Below are positions 29,049 to 38,065 of a DNA stretch of 64,000 nucleotides, in pieces (within the stretch, counting starts at the first letter, position 1; the number at the start of each line of letters is the position of its first letter). The stretch comes from Candidatus Micrarchaeota archaeon (GTDB lineage Archaea; Micrarchaeota; Micrarchaeia; Anstonellales; Bilamarchaeaceae). The notes under the pieces were generated by a model. The model made no database searches and had not been told where the DNA came from. It saw nothing but the letters and a program-made list of their open reading frames with translations. A program made the position numbers and the translations under genes. Location of the stretch: assembly GCA_041694885.1 (NCBI GenBank), contig JBGFRX010000016.1, forward strand, positions 86 through 64,085. The letters run 5' to 3'.

Positions 29049-29851
29049 AGCTCGATTTTAACTGCATCTCCGTCCTTTTTATTCAGCGCCTTCTTGAGGT
29101 TTACCGGTGAGATTATCTCCACGATTTCAGATGGATGGTGAGTTCGAAGCGGAACTACCAATGCGCACTTGTGTTTTTCCATTGCGCATGGATATGCATA
29201 CAAGTCGCCGAAAGTGCGCTCCCCTTTCCTGAAGCCTTTGATTATTACTGGCTCGGAATTTTTCAGGAAATGCGATTTTGCTGCTGCGCTTTCCTCGCTC
29301 AATTTCACGTTGAGCGTGCCTTCGTAGGCCTCAAAGCCCAGCTTTTCCCTTATCTGCTTTTTGTATTTTTGAAGAGAGAGGTAATATCTGCCTTCTCCGA
29401 GCCCGGAGACGATTGCTCCGTAAAGCTTCGGTGCCTTTTTTTCAAACGCATTTTTCAATTCTGCATAAAACGCGTACGCTTCTTCCGCCCCTTTTTTGGT
29501 AAGCGCTATGCCATCTTTTGTCTTTTCCACAAGCCCGAGCTGCTCCGATTTGGAAAGCCGCGCAGAGGCGTTCTGCTGGCTCATGCCAAGAATCGCGCCT
29601 ATTTCCGAAGTGGTTATTCGCACGTGCCGCACGTGCGCACCTTTCTTCACCAGAAGCAGAAGCACTTCATCCATACAGATATTTTGGTAAACATGGTTTA
29701 TAAAGAAGTCCGGGCATAATACGTTTACGTGATGACATGAACAACCTCTGTCAGCATTCGGAAGAATGCTGGATGATGAGGCTAACAGCGTCTGATGGCT
29801 TTTCTTTATATAACGAAAATCCAGGAAAAAAAGGAGCAAAGTCCAATACAA
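29042..29851 (-). CDS. ribK: CTP-dependent riboflavin kinase (archaeal RibK) with N-terminal wHTH
   Basis: GAIVSGLGEGRYYLSL...YEGTLNVKL...HHPSEIVEIISP closely matches MJ0056-type RibK; probable start near 29674 (MDEVLLLL). Confidence 0.8.
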   Translation of the reverse strand: MYWTLLLFFLDFRYIKKSHQTLLASSSSILPNADRGCSCHHVNVLCPDFFINHVYQNICMDEVLLLLVKKGAHVRHVRITTSEIGAILGMSQQNASARLSKSEQLGLVEKTKDGIALTKKGAEEAYAFYAELKNAFEKKAPKLYGAIVSGLGEGRYYLSLQKYKKQIREKLGFEAYEGTLNVKLSEESAAAKSHFLKNSEPVIIKGFRKGERTFGDLYAYPCAMEKHKCALVVPLRTHHPSEIVEIISPVNLKKALNKKDGDAVKIELQ

Positions 29852-29878
29852 TCTTGGCTTTTTCCTTGGGAAGAAGGA

Positions 29879-31069
29879 TTACCCAAGTGCAGAAGAGATC
29901 GAATTCTTGACCCCCTTTGAAAGGCGAAGGAGGTGGTTGAGGCCGAACATGAAGTTGAATTCCTTGTCGCTCTCGAGTTTTTTCGCTATGTAAACAGAAT
30001 CCATGAGCCCGATGGACGCGCTGAGATGGATATCCTGGTAGATAATTTCAGCTATCTGGTTTCTTAGCCGTTCCGCAACTGCGAGGGAGTTCTTTCCGAT
30101 AGAGTTGAAAAGAACTATCACGAACTCGTCGCCGTGGAGGCGAATTCCGAAGTCTGCATAGTCGGGGCGCGTAGGTGAAAGGTCAATGCATACGTTTCTT
30201 ATATGTCTTACAATGCGGTTTGCGGCCAAGCACAGCCCTGCATCGCCCGCATGATAGCCGTAGGTGTCGTTGATAAGTTTGAAATTGTCCAGGTCCATCA
30301 GGAGAACGGAAAACGTGTAGTCGCGGTTCAGCCAGTGCCTTATGCTCGGTATTATCTCATGCTCGAAAGCGGTGCTGTTGAGCAGAGAGGTAAGGGGGTC
30401 GAACCACCCTTCCATCATGGACCTGCATTTGCTTGCCGCGCTGGCTGCAAACTTGAGCAGGAACGGTATGTCGTCAGGCGCATGCTTATGGATGAATAGT
30501 CGCTTTCCGGCTTGCCCTTCCACGACAAAGGAACCGAGAAAATTGTTGCCGCTGTAGACAGGCATTGAAAGTAGGTCAAATTCCGCGGCTTGGTCCAAGC
30601 GCAGATGGGTAACATTTCTTGCAGGTGGCGAAAAAAGGTACGCATCTTTTCCGCTTATGAAAATGCCTTCAGAGCACTCATGACTCGGCACAAAGTCCAT
30701 TTTTGGCAGGTTTTTGCCCTCGTCTTGGTTTGAGTAGGAATAAAAAAGCTTTAACGGCGTACCGCGTATGTAAAGGGAAGTGCCTCTCGCGTTCCTGAAA
30801 CTTTCGTAAACGATTCTCGTGAAGTTCTTGCGCTTCCACGTATCTACAACAAGAGCATTGTCCATGGCCTCGCCACGCTCATAAAGTTCGGCTTTCTGCC
30901 CCTCTGACATTCTGAGAAAATTGCGTTTAAGGGTTTTCCTCTTTACCCTGACGCTTGGGCTGCCGGTTGCCGAGACCAGCGCGCAACACTTGTTTGCGCG
31001 GGCTGCGCTCAGCTCTGCGAGAGGCCTGTGCAGGAAGCATTCTACAGGTGCCATAAGCATATTATACAC
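29879..31069 (-). CDS. GAF-like sensor + GGDEF domain protein (diguanylate-cyclase family; A-site reads HGDEF)
   Basis: DPLTSLLNSTAFEHEI, LLMDLDNFKLINDTYGYHAGDAGL, RLHGDEFVIVL are the three GGDEF-domain signature blocks; possible start at 30910. Confidence 0.7.
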   Translation of the reverse strand: MYNMLMAPVECFLHRPLAELSAARANKCCALVSATGSPSVRVKRKTLKRNFLRMSEGQKAELYERGEAMDNALVVDTWKRKNFTRIVYESFRNARGTSLYIRGTPLKLFYSYSNQDEGKNLPKMDFVPSHECSEGIFISGKDAYLFSPPARNVTHLRLDQAAEFDLLSMPVYSGNNFLGSFVVEGQAGKRLFIHKHAPDDIPFLLKFAASAASKCRSMMEGWFDPLTSLLNSTAFEHEIIPSIRHWLNRDYTFSVLLMDLDNFKLINDTYGYHAGDAGLCLAANRIVRHIRNVCIDLSPTRPDYADFGIRLHGDEFVIVLFNSIGKNSLAVAERLRNQIAEIIYQDIHLSASIGLMDSVYIAKKLESDKEFNFMFGLNHLLRLSKGVKNSISSALG

Positions 31070-31154
31070 AGAAAGGTTTTAAATGCTGTGTGAAAATGTA
31101 AAATAACGAGTAGGTGGGTAAGACATTATAAAGCCATTTGCGGTTTACACCTTC

Positions 31155-31757
31155 ATGCTCAAAAACAGCGAATTCGGAAAGGAGGCGTCGCGGCTTCTTG
31201 GGAAGGTGTTCAAGAACATTCCGCTTCACCCCAACATAATAACGGTGAGCGCAGCGGTTTTCGCGTTCCTTGCGTACCTTGCATATGGATATGACGGATG
31301 GTATGCGTTCGGCCTTTTTGCTCTCGCGTTTTTCGTGGACGCGGTAGATGGCGCGGTTGCAAAGGCAAAGGGAATGCAGACAAGGAAAGGCGCGTTCCTG
31401 GACGGGATAACCGACCGTGTGGTGGAGTTTTTCATAATCCTTGCACTGCTGAAGGCGCCCATACCTTTCCTCCTCCTGGAAAAAACGCTCTGGCTGCTGC
31501 TCATCCTTTTCTTCGGGACAGGGATGACGAGTTTCGTGAAGGCATATGCGGAGCACACCGAGGTAATGCACCACGCAAGGACAGTGAAAATGCCCGGAAT
31601 GCTCGAACGGGCGGAAAGGGGGGCGTTGCTCATGCTCGCGTTCCTGCTCGTGCTCTTTCGGAGCGAATTTTCCGCAGCAGTGATCATGTTCACCGCAATA
31701 CTGTCCTTCCTCACATTCGTGGAACGACTTTTGGCAGTTATGGGATCCAAGGAATGA
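31155..31757 (+). CDS. CDP-alcohol phosphatidyltransferase family (archaetidylinositol-phosphate/serine synthase-like)
   Basis: DAVDGAVAKAKGMQTRKGAFLDGITDR = D-x2-DG-x2-AR...G-x3-D-x3-D motif; ~200 aa, TM rich. Confidence 0.75.
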   Translation: MLKNSEFGKEASRLLGKVFKNIPLHPNIITVSAAVFAFLAYLAYGYDGWYAFGLFALAFFVDAVDGAVAKAKGMQTRKGAFLDGITDRVVEFFIILALLKAPIPFLLLEKTLWLLLILFFGTGMTSFVKAYAEHTEVMHHARTVKMPGMLERAERGALLMLAFLLVLFRSEFSAAVIMFTAILSFLTFVERLLAVMGSKE

Positions 31758-31760
31758 ATC

Positions 31761-33311
31761 ATGGAAGATGAAACTGAACGCACTGCAGTGGCTGGCAAGA
31801 GCGCGAAAGGAGTGCTGTTGAATATCGCCGCAGTAGGAGTTAGTAAGGGAAGCGGCCTGCTTTTCTACATACTTCTACTCCGGGTCGTGACTCCTGATGA
31901 AGGAGGGATATATTTCCTTTATCTCGCTGTTGCCGGCATCATCGGCTTAATCGGCGCGTTCGGGATGACGGACTCGCTCGCGAGGTTCATACCTTTTTAC
32001 GAGGGCAGCGGAAGGAAGCACAAAGTAAAGCCGCTCATCTACACTGTTCTCGTCTCGTTCGCTCTCTTTTCCATAATTATGGCAATTGCGTTGACTGCCG
32101 GGACAGGGCTCCTTGCACAGTATTACAGTAAGGCACTCGCAGCAATAGTGCCGTTAATTATTGCAGGCGGCATCGTTCTCTCGCTCAATTCTTTATTGAT
32201 GTGCACCCTGCTCGGGCTGAAAAGGTTCGGGGAAAGCGCTTTCTATTCTGCCTCGCAGCCGGTGCTTAGGTTCGGCCTTGCGGCGCTATTTTTCTACTTT
32301 TTGGGAGGAGGGCTCGAACAGGCGATATACGCTACGGTGCTATCGGTACTCCTCGTAAATGCGGCGATGGCGCTCTCGCTCTTCCATCGCCTGCGCAGCT
32401 ATCCTGGGAAAATCGGACTACTTGCGCCCAAAGAAAGTCTGGAAATCGCCTATTATGGTGCAGCCGCAGGGTTCAACCAATTCTACTCATCCATAATGAG
32501 CTGGACAGATACTTTTGTGCTCACGCCCTATGTGGCAGCGTCGGTCGTGGGCGCATACAATGCTGTGCTCAACATAGCAAGGACGCTCATGCACAGTGTC
32601 TCCGGGCAGATATTCGTAATACTCAATTCCATGCTCTCGCACCTCCATGGGACGAAGTCAGGAATATTCGGGCCGCTCGCAGGCAATGCGGCACGTTGGA
32701 GTGTGTATATCACCCTCCCGATAGTAATAGGGGGGATATTCTTCGCGAAGGGGCTTACGGGATTGCTTTTCCCGGTTTATGCTGATCATTACTGGCTGCT
32801 ATACGCGTTTATTCCCGCGTTTTTCGCAGCGAGCATATCCTTTCCTGCAAAGGGCGCGCTTTCCGCAGTGGGCAGGAGCGATTTGCTGTTCAAGTCAACG
32901 CTGGCTGCACTCGTGCTCAACCTCGTACTCAATGTTCTGCTTGTTCCCAAATACGGAGTAGTTGGCGCGGCCTTCGCGACCTCACTCACCTACGTTTTGG
33001 GGGAAGCGCTCGCTGTCTTTTATGCGATCCGGCTCGCGAAATTCTCTTTCCATCCTCTTCTTGTGAAAACGCTCGTTCCTGCAGGAGTTATGGCTGCTGC
33101 GCTCGCGCTTTCCTACAATTACCTCTTCGATTTTTCTGCGCGCGGCTGGGCGCTCGAAATCATGGGAATGGGGCTCGCGTCCTTGCTTTCCGGGCTTATA
33201 TATGCAGCAGCGCTCGTGAAAACAGGGGGAATGAACAAGACGGACTATAAACTCGTGGAAAAAACAATTGCAAAGGTCTCGGCAACAATTGAATTCATTC
33301 CTCAAAAATAA
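31761..33311 (+). CDS. MOP-superfamily polysaccharide/oligosaccharide flippase (Wzx-like)
   Basis: 516 aa, about 14 TM helices, typical MATE-like flippase organisation. Confidence 0.65.
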   Translation: MEDETERTAVAGKSAKGVLLNIAAVGVSKGSGLLFYILLLRVVTPDEGGIYFLYLAVAGIIGLIGAFGMTDSLARFIPFYEGSGRKHKVKPLIYTVLVSFALFSIIMAIALTAGTGLLAQYYSKALAAIVPLIIAGGIVLSLNSLLMCTLLGLKRFGESAFYSASQPVLRFGLAALFFYFLGGGLEQAIYATVLSVLLVNAAMALSLFHRLRSYPGKIGLLAPKESLEIAYYGAAAGFNQFYSSIMSWTDTFVLTPYVAASVVGAYNAVLNIARTLMHSVSGQIFVILNSMLSHLHGTKSGIFGPLAGNAARWSVYITLPIVIGGIFFAKGLTGLLFPVYADHYWLLYAFIPAFFAASISFPAKGALSAVGRSDLLFKSTLAALVLNLVLNVLLVPKYGVVGAAFATSLTYVLGEALAVFYAIRLAKFSFHPLLVKTLVPAGVMAAALALSYNYLFDFSARGWALEIMGMGLASLLSGLIYAAALVKTGGMNKTDYKLVEKTIAKVSATIEFIPQK

Positions 33312-33942
33312 GCTTCGTTTGCTTAATGTTCTCGAGCGTTTTCCATTTTTTCCTTATATGCTGCGCCGCCTTCATCAGATTTTCCTTGCTTTTGAGAAAC
33401 GCAATCGTCTTCGGGTCGCTCGGGTAGCCTGAGCCGAAATCCCCAACTTCCTTTTTTATCTCCTCTATTTTCGTGTCACGCAGTACCTTCGCGCATATGC
33501 TCGCTGCAGCCACTATGGGATGGTTCTCGTCTGCATTGTGCTCTGCCTCGTACTTGCTTATGCCGTAGCGCTCCATCCTCTTCGCGAATACCCAGGAATA
33601 GCGGTCAGGCAGGTCTATCTTCACGCTAATCTCGCCGCCTGCGCTCTTCCTCTGGCTCTTTATCAGCTTCGCGATGAACATCGCCTCTATCTCGTTCAGC
33701 GTCTCCTTTTCCATGAGTTTGTTCAGGGTTTCCGCGCTCAACTCCACGAAATTTATTGATCCGATAGCTTTGAGCTCCCTGAAAATTTCCTTGCGTTGCG
33801 TGGCGCTGAGCTGCTTGGAGTCCTTCCTGCACAATGAATTTATCCTTTGTTCGTTCTCGCCGGAGCACGAGAATATCGCTATCACTAACGGCCCTATTAC
33901 CGGACCCCTTCCGGCCTCGTCTATGCCTGCGATAAGGACCAT
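33295..33942 (-). CDS. rnhB: Ribonuclease HII
   Basis: GIDEAGRGPVIGPLV N-terminal catalytic motif. Confidence 0.9.
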   Translation of the reverse strand: MVLIAGIDEAGRGPVIGPLVIAIFSCSGENEQRINSLCRKDSKQLSATQRKEIFRELKAIGSINFVELSAETLNKLMEKETLNEIEAMFIAKLIKSQRKSAGGEISVKIDLPDRYSWVFAKRMERYGISKYEAEHNADENHPIVAAASICAKVLRDTKIEEIKKEVGDFGSGYPSDPKTIAFLKSKENLMKAAQHIRKKWKTLENIKQTKLIFEE

Positions 33943-34023
33943 GAATGGATAAGAATTAGAAATTATATAAGAGTTGGCTTTTCAAGCCAATCGTCTGAAA
34001 AGAAGGTTTGATAATGGAAAAAA

Positions 34024-34293
34024 CTATTCGTAAACAAGATTTCTTTTCTCCACTATGACGAAGTCGCCCACTGCGGTTACTGCCTCATAGGGAATGTGAA
34101 TCATCCCATCTTCCTTGCGAAGCTTGTTCGCGCTCTCGCTGTCGGGGTTCGCCTCGAGCACGAGGTTCTCTATCTTTCCCGTAATTTCGTTGATGTTCAC
34201 GTCAACGAGCCGCCCGAAATCCTCTCCGTCGTTCGTTATTATTTTCTTTCCTGAGAGCTGCCTTGCGATAAGGTACTTTGCCATTAAGATCAC
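34024..34293 (-). CDS. PRC-barrel domain protein
   Basis: ITNDGEDFGRLVDVNIN..., ~89 aa archaeal PRC barrel pattern. Confidence 0.55.
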   Translation of the reverse strand: MILMAKYLIARQLSGKKIITNDGEDFGRLVDVNINEITGKIENLVLEANPDSESANKLRKEDGMIHIPYEAVTAVGDFVIVEKRNLVYE

Positions 34294-34504
34294 CTGCGGG
34301 TTCTACTGCTCTTAGATATCTGGCAATATCTTTAAATTATTGCCTGGTGCCAGTTCCTCGTATTGTGGGGAAGCGGAACTATATAAAAGGGAAAGGTTTT
34401 TAAATTCGAGTTCGCTGTTTTTTCAAAAAAACAGGAACGAATTGCTGCAAAAAAACCTATTAATTTATAGAGTTACGAGGATATTATGCGAGCAGGTGGG
34501 AAAA

Positions 34505-35506
34505 ATGATGAAGGTGGCGATTTCCGGGTTTGGAAGGATCGGCAAGATGTTTCTCAAGGCAGCTATAGCGCAGGGCGTTTTGGGCAGGGATTTCGAAGTG
34601 ATCGCGATAAACACGCGGAGCGCACCTGAGATGCATGCGCACCTTTTCAGGTACGATTCCACGCTCGGGAGGTTCGACGGAGTGGTGGAGGTGAAGGACG
34701 GCCTCTTCGTGGTGAATGGCCACAGGATAAAATGGATACAGGAGACCGACCCGCTCAAGCTGCCGTGGAAAGAGCTCGAGATTGACGTTGTGCTGGAAAG
34801 CAGTGGCGAGTTCAGAAAAAGGGAGGAGGCGGAGAAGCACCTCGTCGCAGGCGCGAAAAAGGTCCTCATATCAGCACCTGCGAAGGAATGCGACGCAACC
34901 ATAGTTCCAGGAGTAAACGACCACCTGCTCAACCATGAGCACAAGGTATTTTCGCTCGCGAGCTGCACCACGAACTGCCTTGCGCCTGTTTTGAAGGTTC
35001 TGAATGAGAACTTCGGAATCGAAAAGGGGTTCATGAGCACTGTGCATGCGTACACCAACGATCAGAGAATTTTGGATGGAAGTCACGACGACTGGAGAAG
35101 AGCTCGGGCTGCTGCGGTGAGCATAATCCCCACCACTACTGGGGCTGCAAAGACGATAGGGGACGTGCTTCCTGACCTCAAGGGAAAATTGGATGGAATT
35201 GCCTTCCGCGTTCCGGTCCCTGACGGCTCGCTCAATGATATCGTTGTTTTGGTGAAAAAGGAAACAGATGCAACGGAAGTGAATGACGCGCTCAAAAAGG
35301 CGAGCGAGAACGAATTGCGCGGAATACTCGCTTACACAGAGGAGCCGCTCGTTTCGCGCGACATAATCGGAACAAGGGAAAGCGCAATAGTGGATGGAAC
35401 GCTCACCAGGGCGCTCGGAAATCTGGTGAAGGTCTCGGTATGGTACGACAATGAATTTGGATATTCCAGCCGTCTTGTTGATTTTGTGAAGAAATTCGCG
35501 AAGTGA
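34505..35506 (+). CDS. gap: Glyceraldehyde-3-phosphate dehydrogenase, type I (bacterial/eukaryotic type)
   Basis: GFGRIGK Rossmann motif and active-site SCTTNCLAP; ORF track start 34340 is an upstream extension. Confidence 0.9.
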   Translation: MMKVAISGFGRIGKMFLKAAIAQGVLGRDFEVIAINTRSAPEMHAHLFRYDSTLGRFDGVVEVKDGLFVVNGHRIKWIQETDPLKLPWKELEIDVVLESSGEFRKREEAEKHLVAGAKKVLISAPAKECDATIVPGVNDHLLNHEHKVFSLASCTTNCLAPVLKVLNENFGIEKGFMSTVHAYTNDQRILDGSHDDWRRARAAAVSIIPTTTGAAKTIGDVLPDLKGKLDGIAFRVPVPDGSLNDIVVLVKKETDATEVNDALKKASENELRGILAYTEEPLVSRDIIGTRESAIVDGTLTRALGNLVKVSVWYDNEFGYSSRLVDFVKKFAK

Positions 35507-35510
35507 ATGC

Positions 35511-36251
35511 ATGAAAAAAACAGATGCAACGGAAGTGAATGACGCGTTGGAAAACGTTCCAAAGCACATCGCCATCATCCCTGACGGCAACAGGAGATGG
35601 GCGAAGAAGAGAGGCATGACCTTAGTTAAGGGCTATGACAAAGGCATAAGGAAGATAGGTGACGTAATGAAATGGTGCAGGGAAGAGGGAGTACGCACCC
35701 TAACGATGTGGGGTTTCTCAACGGATAACGCGAAAAGGAATCCGGAGGAGATAAACAAGCTATTCATGCTGTTCAAGAAATATCTTGCCCGGATTCTTGC
35801 AGAGGAGAAGAAAAAGGGCGAGGGAGAAAGGAAAAAATACGATGTGCGCGTGAGATTTTTGGGAAGGTGTGAGCTCTTCCCAAATGAAATAAGGGAGGCG
35901 ATGAAGAGAATAGAGGAGCTGAGCAAAAACAACAGGACATACCAGCTCAACCTTCTTCTTGGATACGGGGGGAGAGAGGAGATAGTGAACGCAGTTAACG
36001 CGATTATCAAGGAAGGGATAAAGGAAGTGGACGAGGATACGATAAGCAGCCACCTTTATACTGCTGGAATCGAGGATCCTGATCTGATAATAAGGACGAG
36101 TGGTGAGCAGCGGCTTTCCGGACTTTTGCCATGGCAGAGCGCCTATAGCGAGTTCTATTTTTCCAGGAAGCTCTGGCCCGACTTTTCCAAAAAGGACTTC
36201 GCCGAAGCGCTCAGGACCTATAAAAAAAGAATGAGGCGGTTTGGGAAATGA
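35511..36251 (+). CDS. uppS: Undecaprenyl-diphosphate synthase family cis-prenyltransferase (dolichol/UPP synthase)
   Basis: HIAIIPDGNRRWA, ...RTSGEQRLS; N-terminal 12 codons are a copy of gap codons. Confidence 0.85.
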   Translation: MKKTDATEVNDALENVPKHIAIIPDGNRRWAKKRGMTLVKGYDKGIRKIGDVMKWCREEGVRTLTMWGFSTDNAKRNPEEINKLFMLFKKYLARILAEEKKKGEGERKKYDVRVRFLGRCELFPNEIREAMKRIEELSKNNRTYQLNLLLGYGGREEIVNAVNAIIKEGIKEVDEDTISSHLYTAGIEDPDLIIRTSGEQRLSGLLPWQSAYSEFYFSRKLWPDFSKKDFAEALRTYKKRMRRFGK

Positions 36252-36568
36252 GCAAATTGATCAGAATGGGGAACAAAACATTCGAATGCGAAATCGCTGA
36301 AACGTTTTTCGGGAAAATGAAGGGCCTGATGTTTTCCAAAAGAAAAAACATCCTCTTCATCCTCGAAAACGAAAAAATATTTCCCATACACTCCTTTTTT
36401 GTGTTCTTCCCTTTCGACGCGGTTTACATCAATTCGAAAAAAAGGGTTGTGGAAATAGTGCGGAACATCGCACCCTTCACGCTTTGCGTTGAAAACAACA
36501 AACCGGCGAAATATCTGCTCGAGCTGTGCGAAAAGAACGATTTGAAAGTCGGGGACGAACTGAAATGA
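36248..36568 (+). CDS. DUF192 family protein
   Basis: 106 aa; ...FFGKMKGLMF... and ...VFFPFDAVYIN... conserved DUF192 pattern; 4-nt overlap with uppS. Confidence 0.55.
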   Translation: MSKLIRMGNKTFECEIAETFFGKMKGLMFSKRKNILFILENEKIFPIHSFFVFFPFDAVYINSKKRVVEIVRNIAPFTLCVENNKPAKYLLELCEKNDLKVGDELK

Positions 36569-36584
36569 AGAGCGGAATGATAAA

Positions 36585-37988
36585 ATGATAAATGTCGAAA
36601 GTGGCGGCAAAACCGGAAACCCGGAACGCGAAACGTCCGGAAGAAGGCAGGAGACCGGTCTGGGCTGGCGCATAACAAAGGAAGGCGATTACATGATAGA
36701 CCTTCCCCCGCTCAGCAGAGACGAAGAGGCCGCGATAGCCGCAGCAGAGGAAAAATTCAGGTTGCTCGCAGGAGAAAAAAGGATTGATTCTGAAAGTGTG
36801 GGGCGCGAACTCGCGGAAACGATTGCGAAAAACGCTGAGACAGAAGGAGTGCTTCTCGATTCCGAGCAGAAGGCATACCTCGCAAAATATGCGAAAATGC
36901 ACATCTATGGCTTTGCGTTCCTTGACGAACTTATTGGGAAGGACGAGATAGAAGAGATAAGCGTGATAGGGGTAAAGAAGCCAGCATACGTTTTCGTGAG
37001 GAAGCAGGGATGGCAGAAGGTAAATGCTGTTTTCGAGGACGAGAAGACGCTCATGGACGTGATAAACAAGATGGCGAGAGGAATGGGGAGGAGGATAACC
37101 CTTCAGCAACCGCGCCTGGACGCGATGCTTCCGGACGGTTCGCGGCTCCATGCTTCGCTCCACCCGCTATCGCAGGGCGAGATAACGATAAGGAAATTCA
37201 GGTACCTTCCGTTCTCGCCGAAGGAGATAGTTGCACTTGGCACTGCAGATTACAGGGCGATGGCTTTCCTCTCCATGCTCATGCAGACAGACAATTCGGT
37301 GCTCATAGCTGGAAATACGGCAAGCGGAAAAACGACCACGCTCAACGCGCTTTTTGCATTTGTCCCGAAAAACGAGAGGGTGCTCATAACCGAGGAGACG
37401 CCTGAGATAAATGTTCCGCACGAGCACCAGGCGCGCCTTGTCGCGAACAGGGACATGGGGATAACGCTCAAGGACCTTGTTTACGATTCGCTGCGCATGC
37501 GCCCGGACAGGATGATAGTAGGCGAGGTGAGGAATAAGGAAGAAGTCGAAGCGCTCTTCGACGTGCTTCTTGGAGGACAGGCAAGGGGCGCGTACGCCAC
37601 GTTCCATGCGCAGAGCGCGGACGAAGCGCTGCTCCGGCTCGGAAAATTTGGAATACAGGAAACGGACATGTGCAGCATTGATGCGGTTGTTGTACAGAGG
37701 AGGATGCTCCTGTACGACGCGAAGAAAAAAGCCGCGAACGAAACCAGAAGGATAGTGGAGATTGCGGAAATCGCGGATAACGCGAAAACGAAAAAGATAT
37801 TTTTCCTCAAGGGAGGAAAATGGGCTTACGCGCCGGGCGTGCTGTGCGCCCGGCTCGCCGAGAGTTTCGGGCTGAGTGCAGGGGAATTCGCAAGGGAGAT
37901 GGCCCAGAGGGAGAAATGGCTCAGGAGTGCCAGTGCGGACTTCAATTCGTTTTTCGAGGACGCGCAGAAAAAACTCTACAATATGTAG
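36585..37988 (+). CDS. Type IV pilus/archaellum-type secretion ATPase (FlaI/PilB/VirB11 family)
   Basis: Walker A GNTASGKTTTLNAL, Asp box, RPDRMIVGEVR, His box. Confidence 0.8.
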   Translation: MINVESGGKTGNPERETSGRRQETGLGWRITKEGDYMIDLPPLSRDEEAAIAAAEEKFRLLAGEKRIDSESVGRELAETIAKNAETEGVLLDSEQKAYLAKYAKMHIYGFAFLDELIGKDEIEEISVIGVKKPAYVFVRKQGWQKVNAVFEDEKTLMDVINKMARGMGRRITLQQPRLDAMLPDGSRLHASLHPLSQGEITIRKFRYLPFSPKEIVALGTADYRAMAFLSMLMQTDNSVLIAGNTASGKTTTLNALFAFVPKNERVLITEETPEINVPHEHQARLVANRDMGITLKDLVYDSLRMRPDRMIVGEVRNKEEVEALFDVLLGGQARGAYATFHAQSADEALLRLGKFGIQETDMCSIDAVVVQRRMLLYDAKKKAANETRRIVEIAEIADNAKTKKIFFLKGGKWAYAPGVLCARLAESFGLSAGEFAREMAQREKWLRSASADFNSFFEDAQKKLYNM

Positions 37989-38065
37989 CTGCTGTGGTTT
38001 ATTTCGGGCGGAAAAAATTTGAAACTGTCGGTAGATTTTTAAGCAGTTACGCGGGCGAATAAAAC

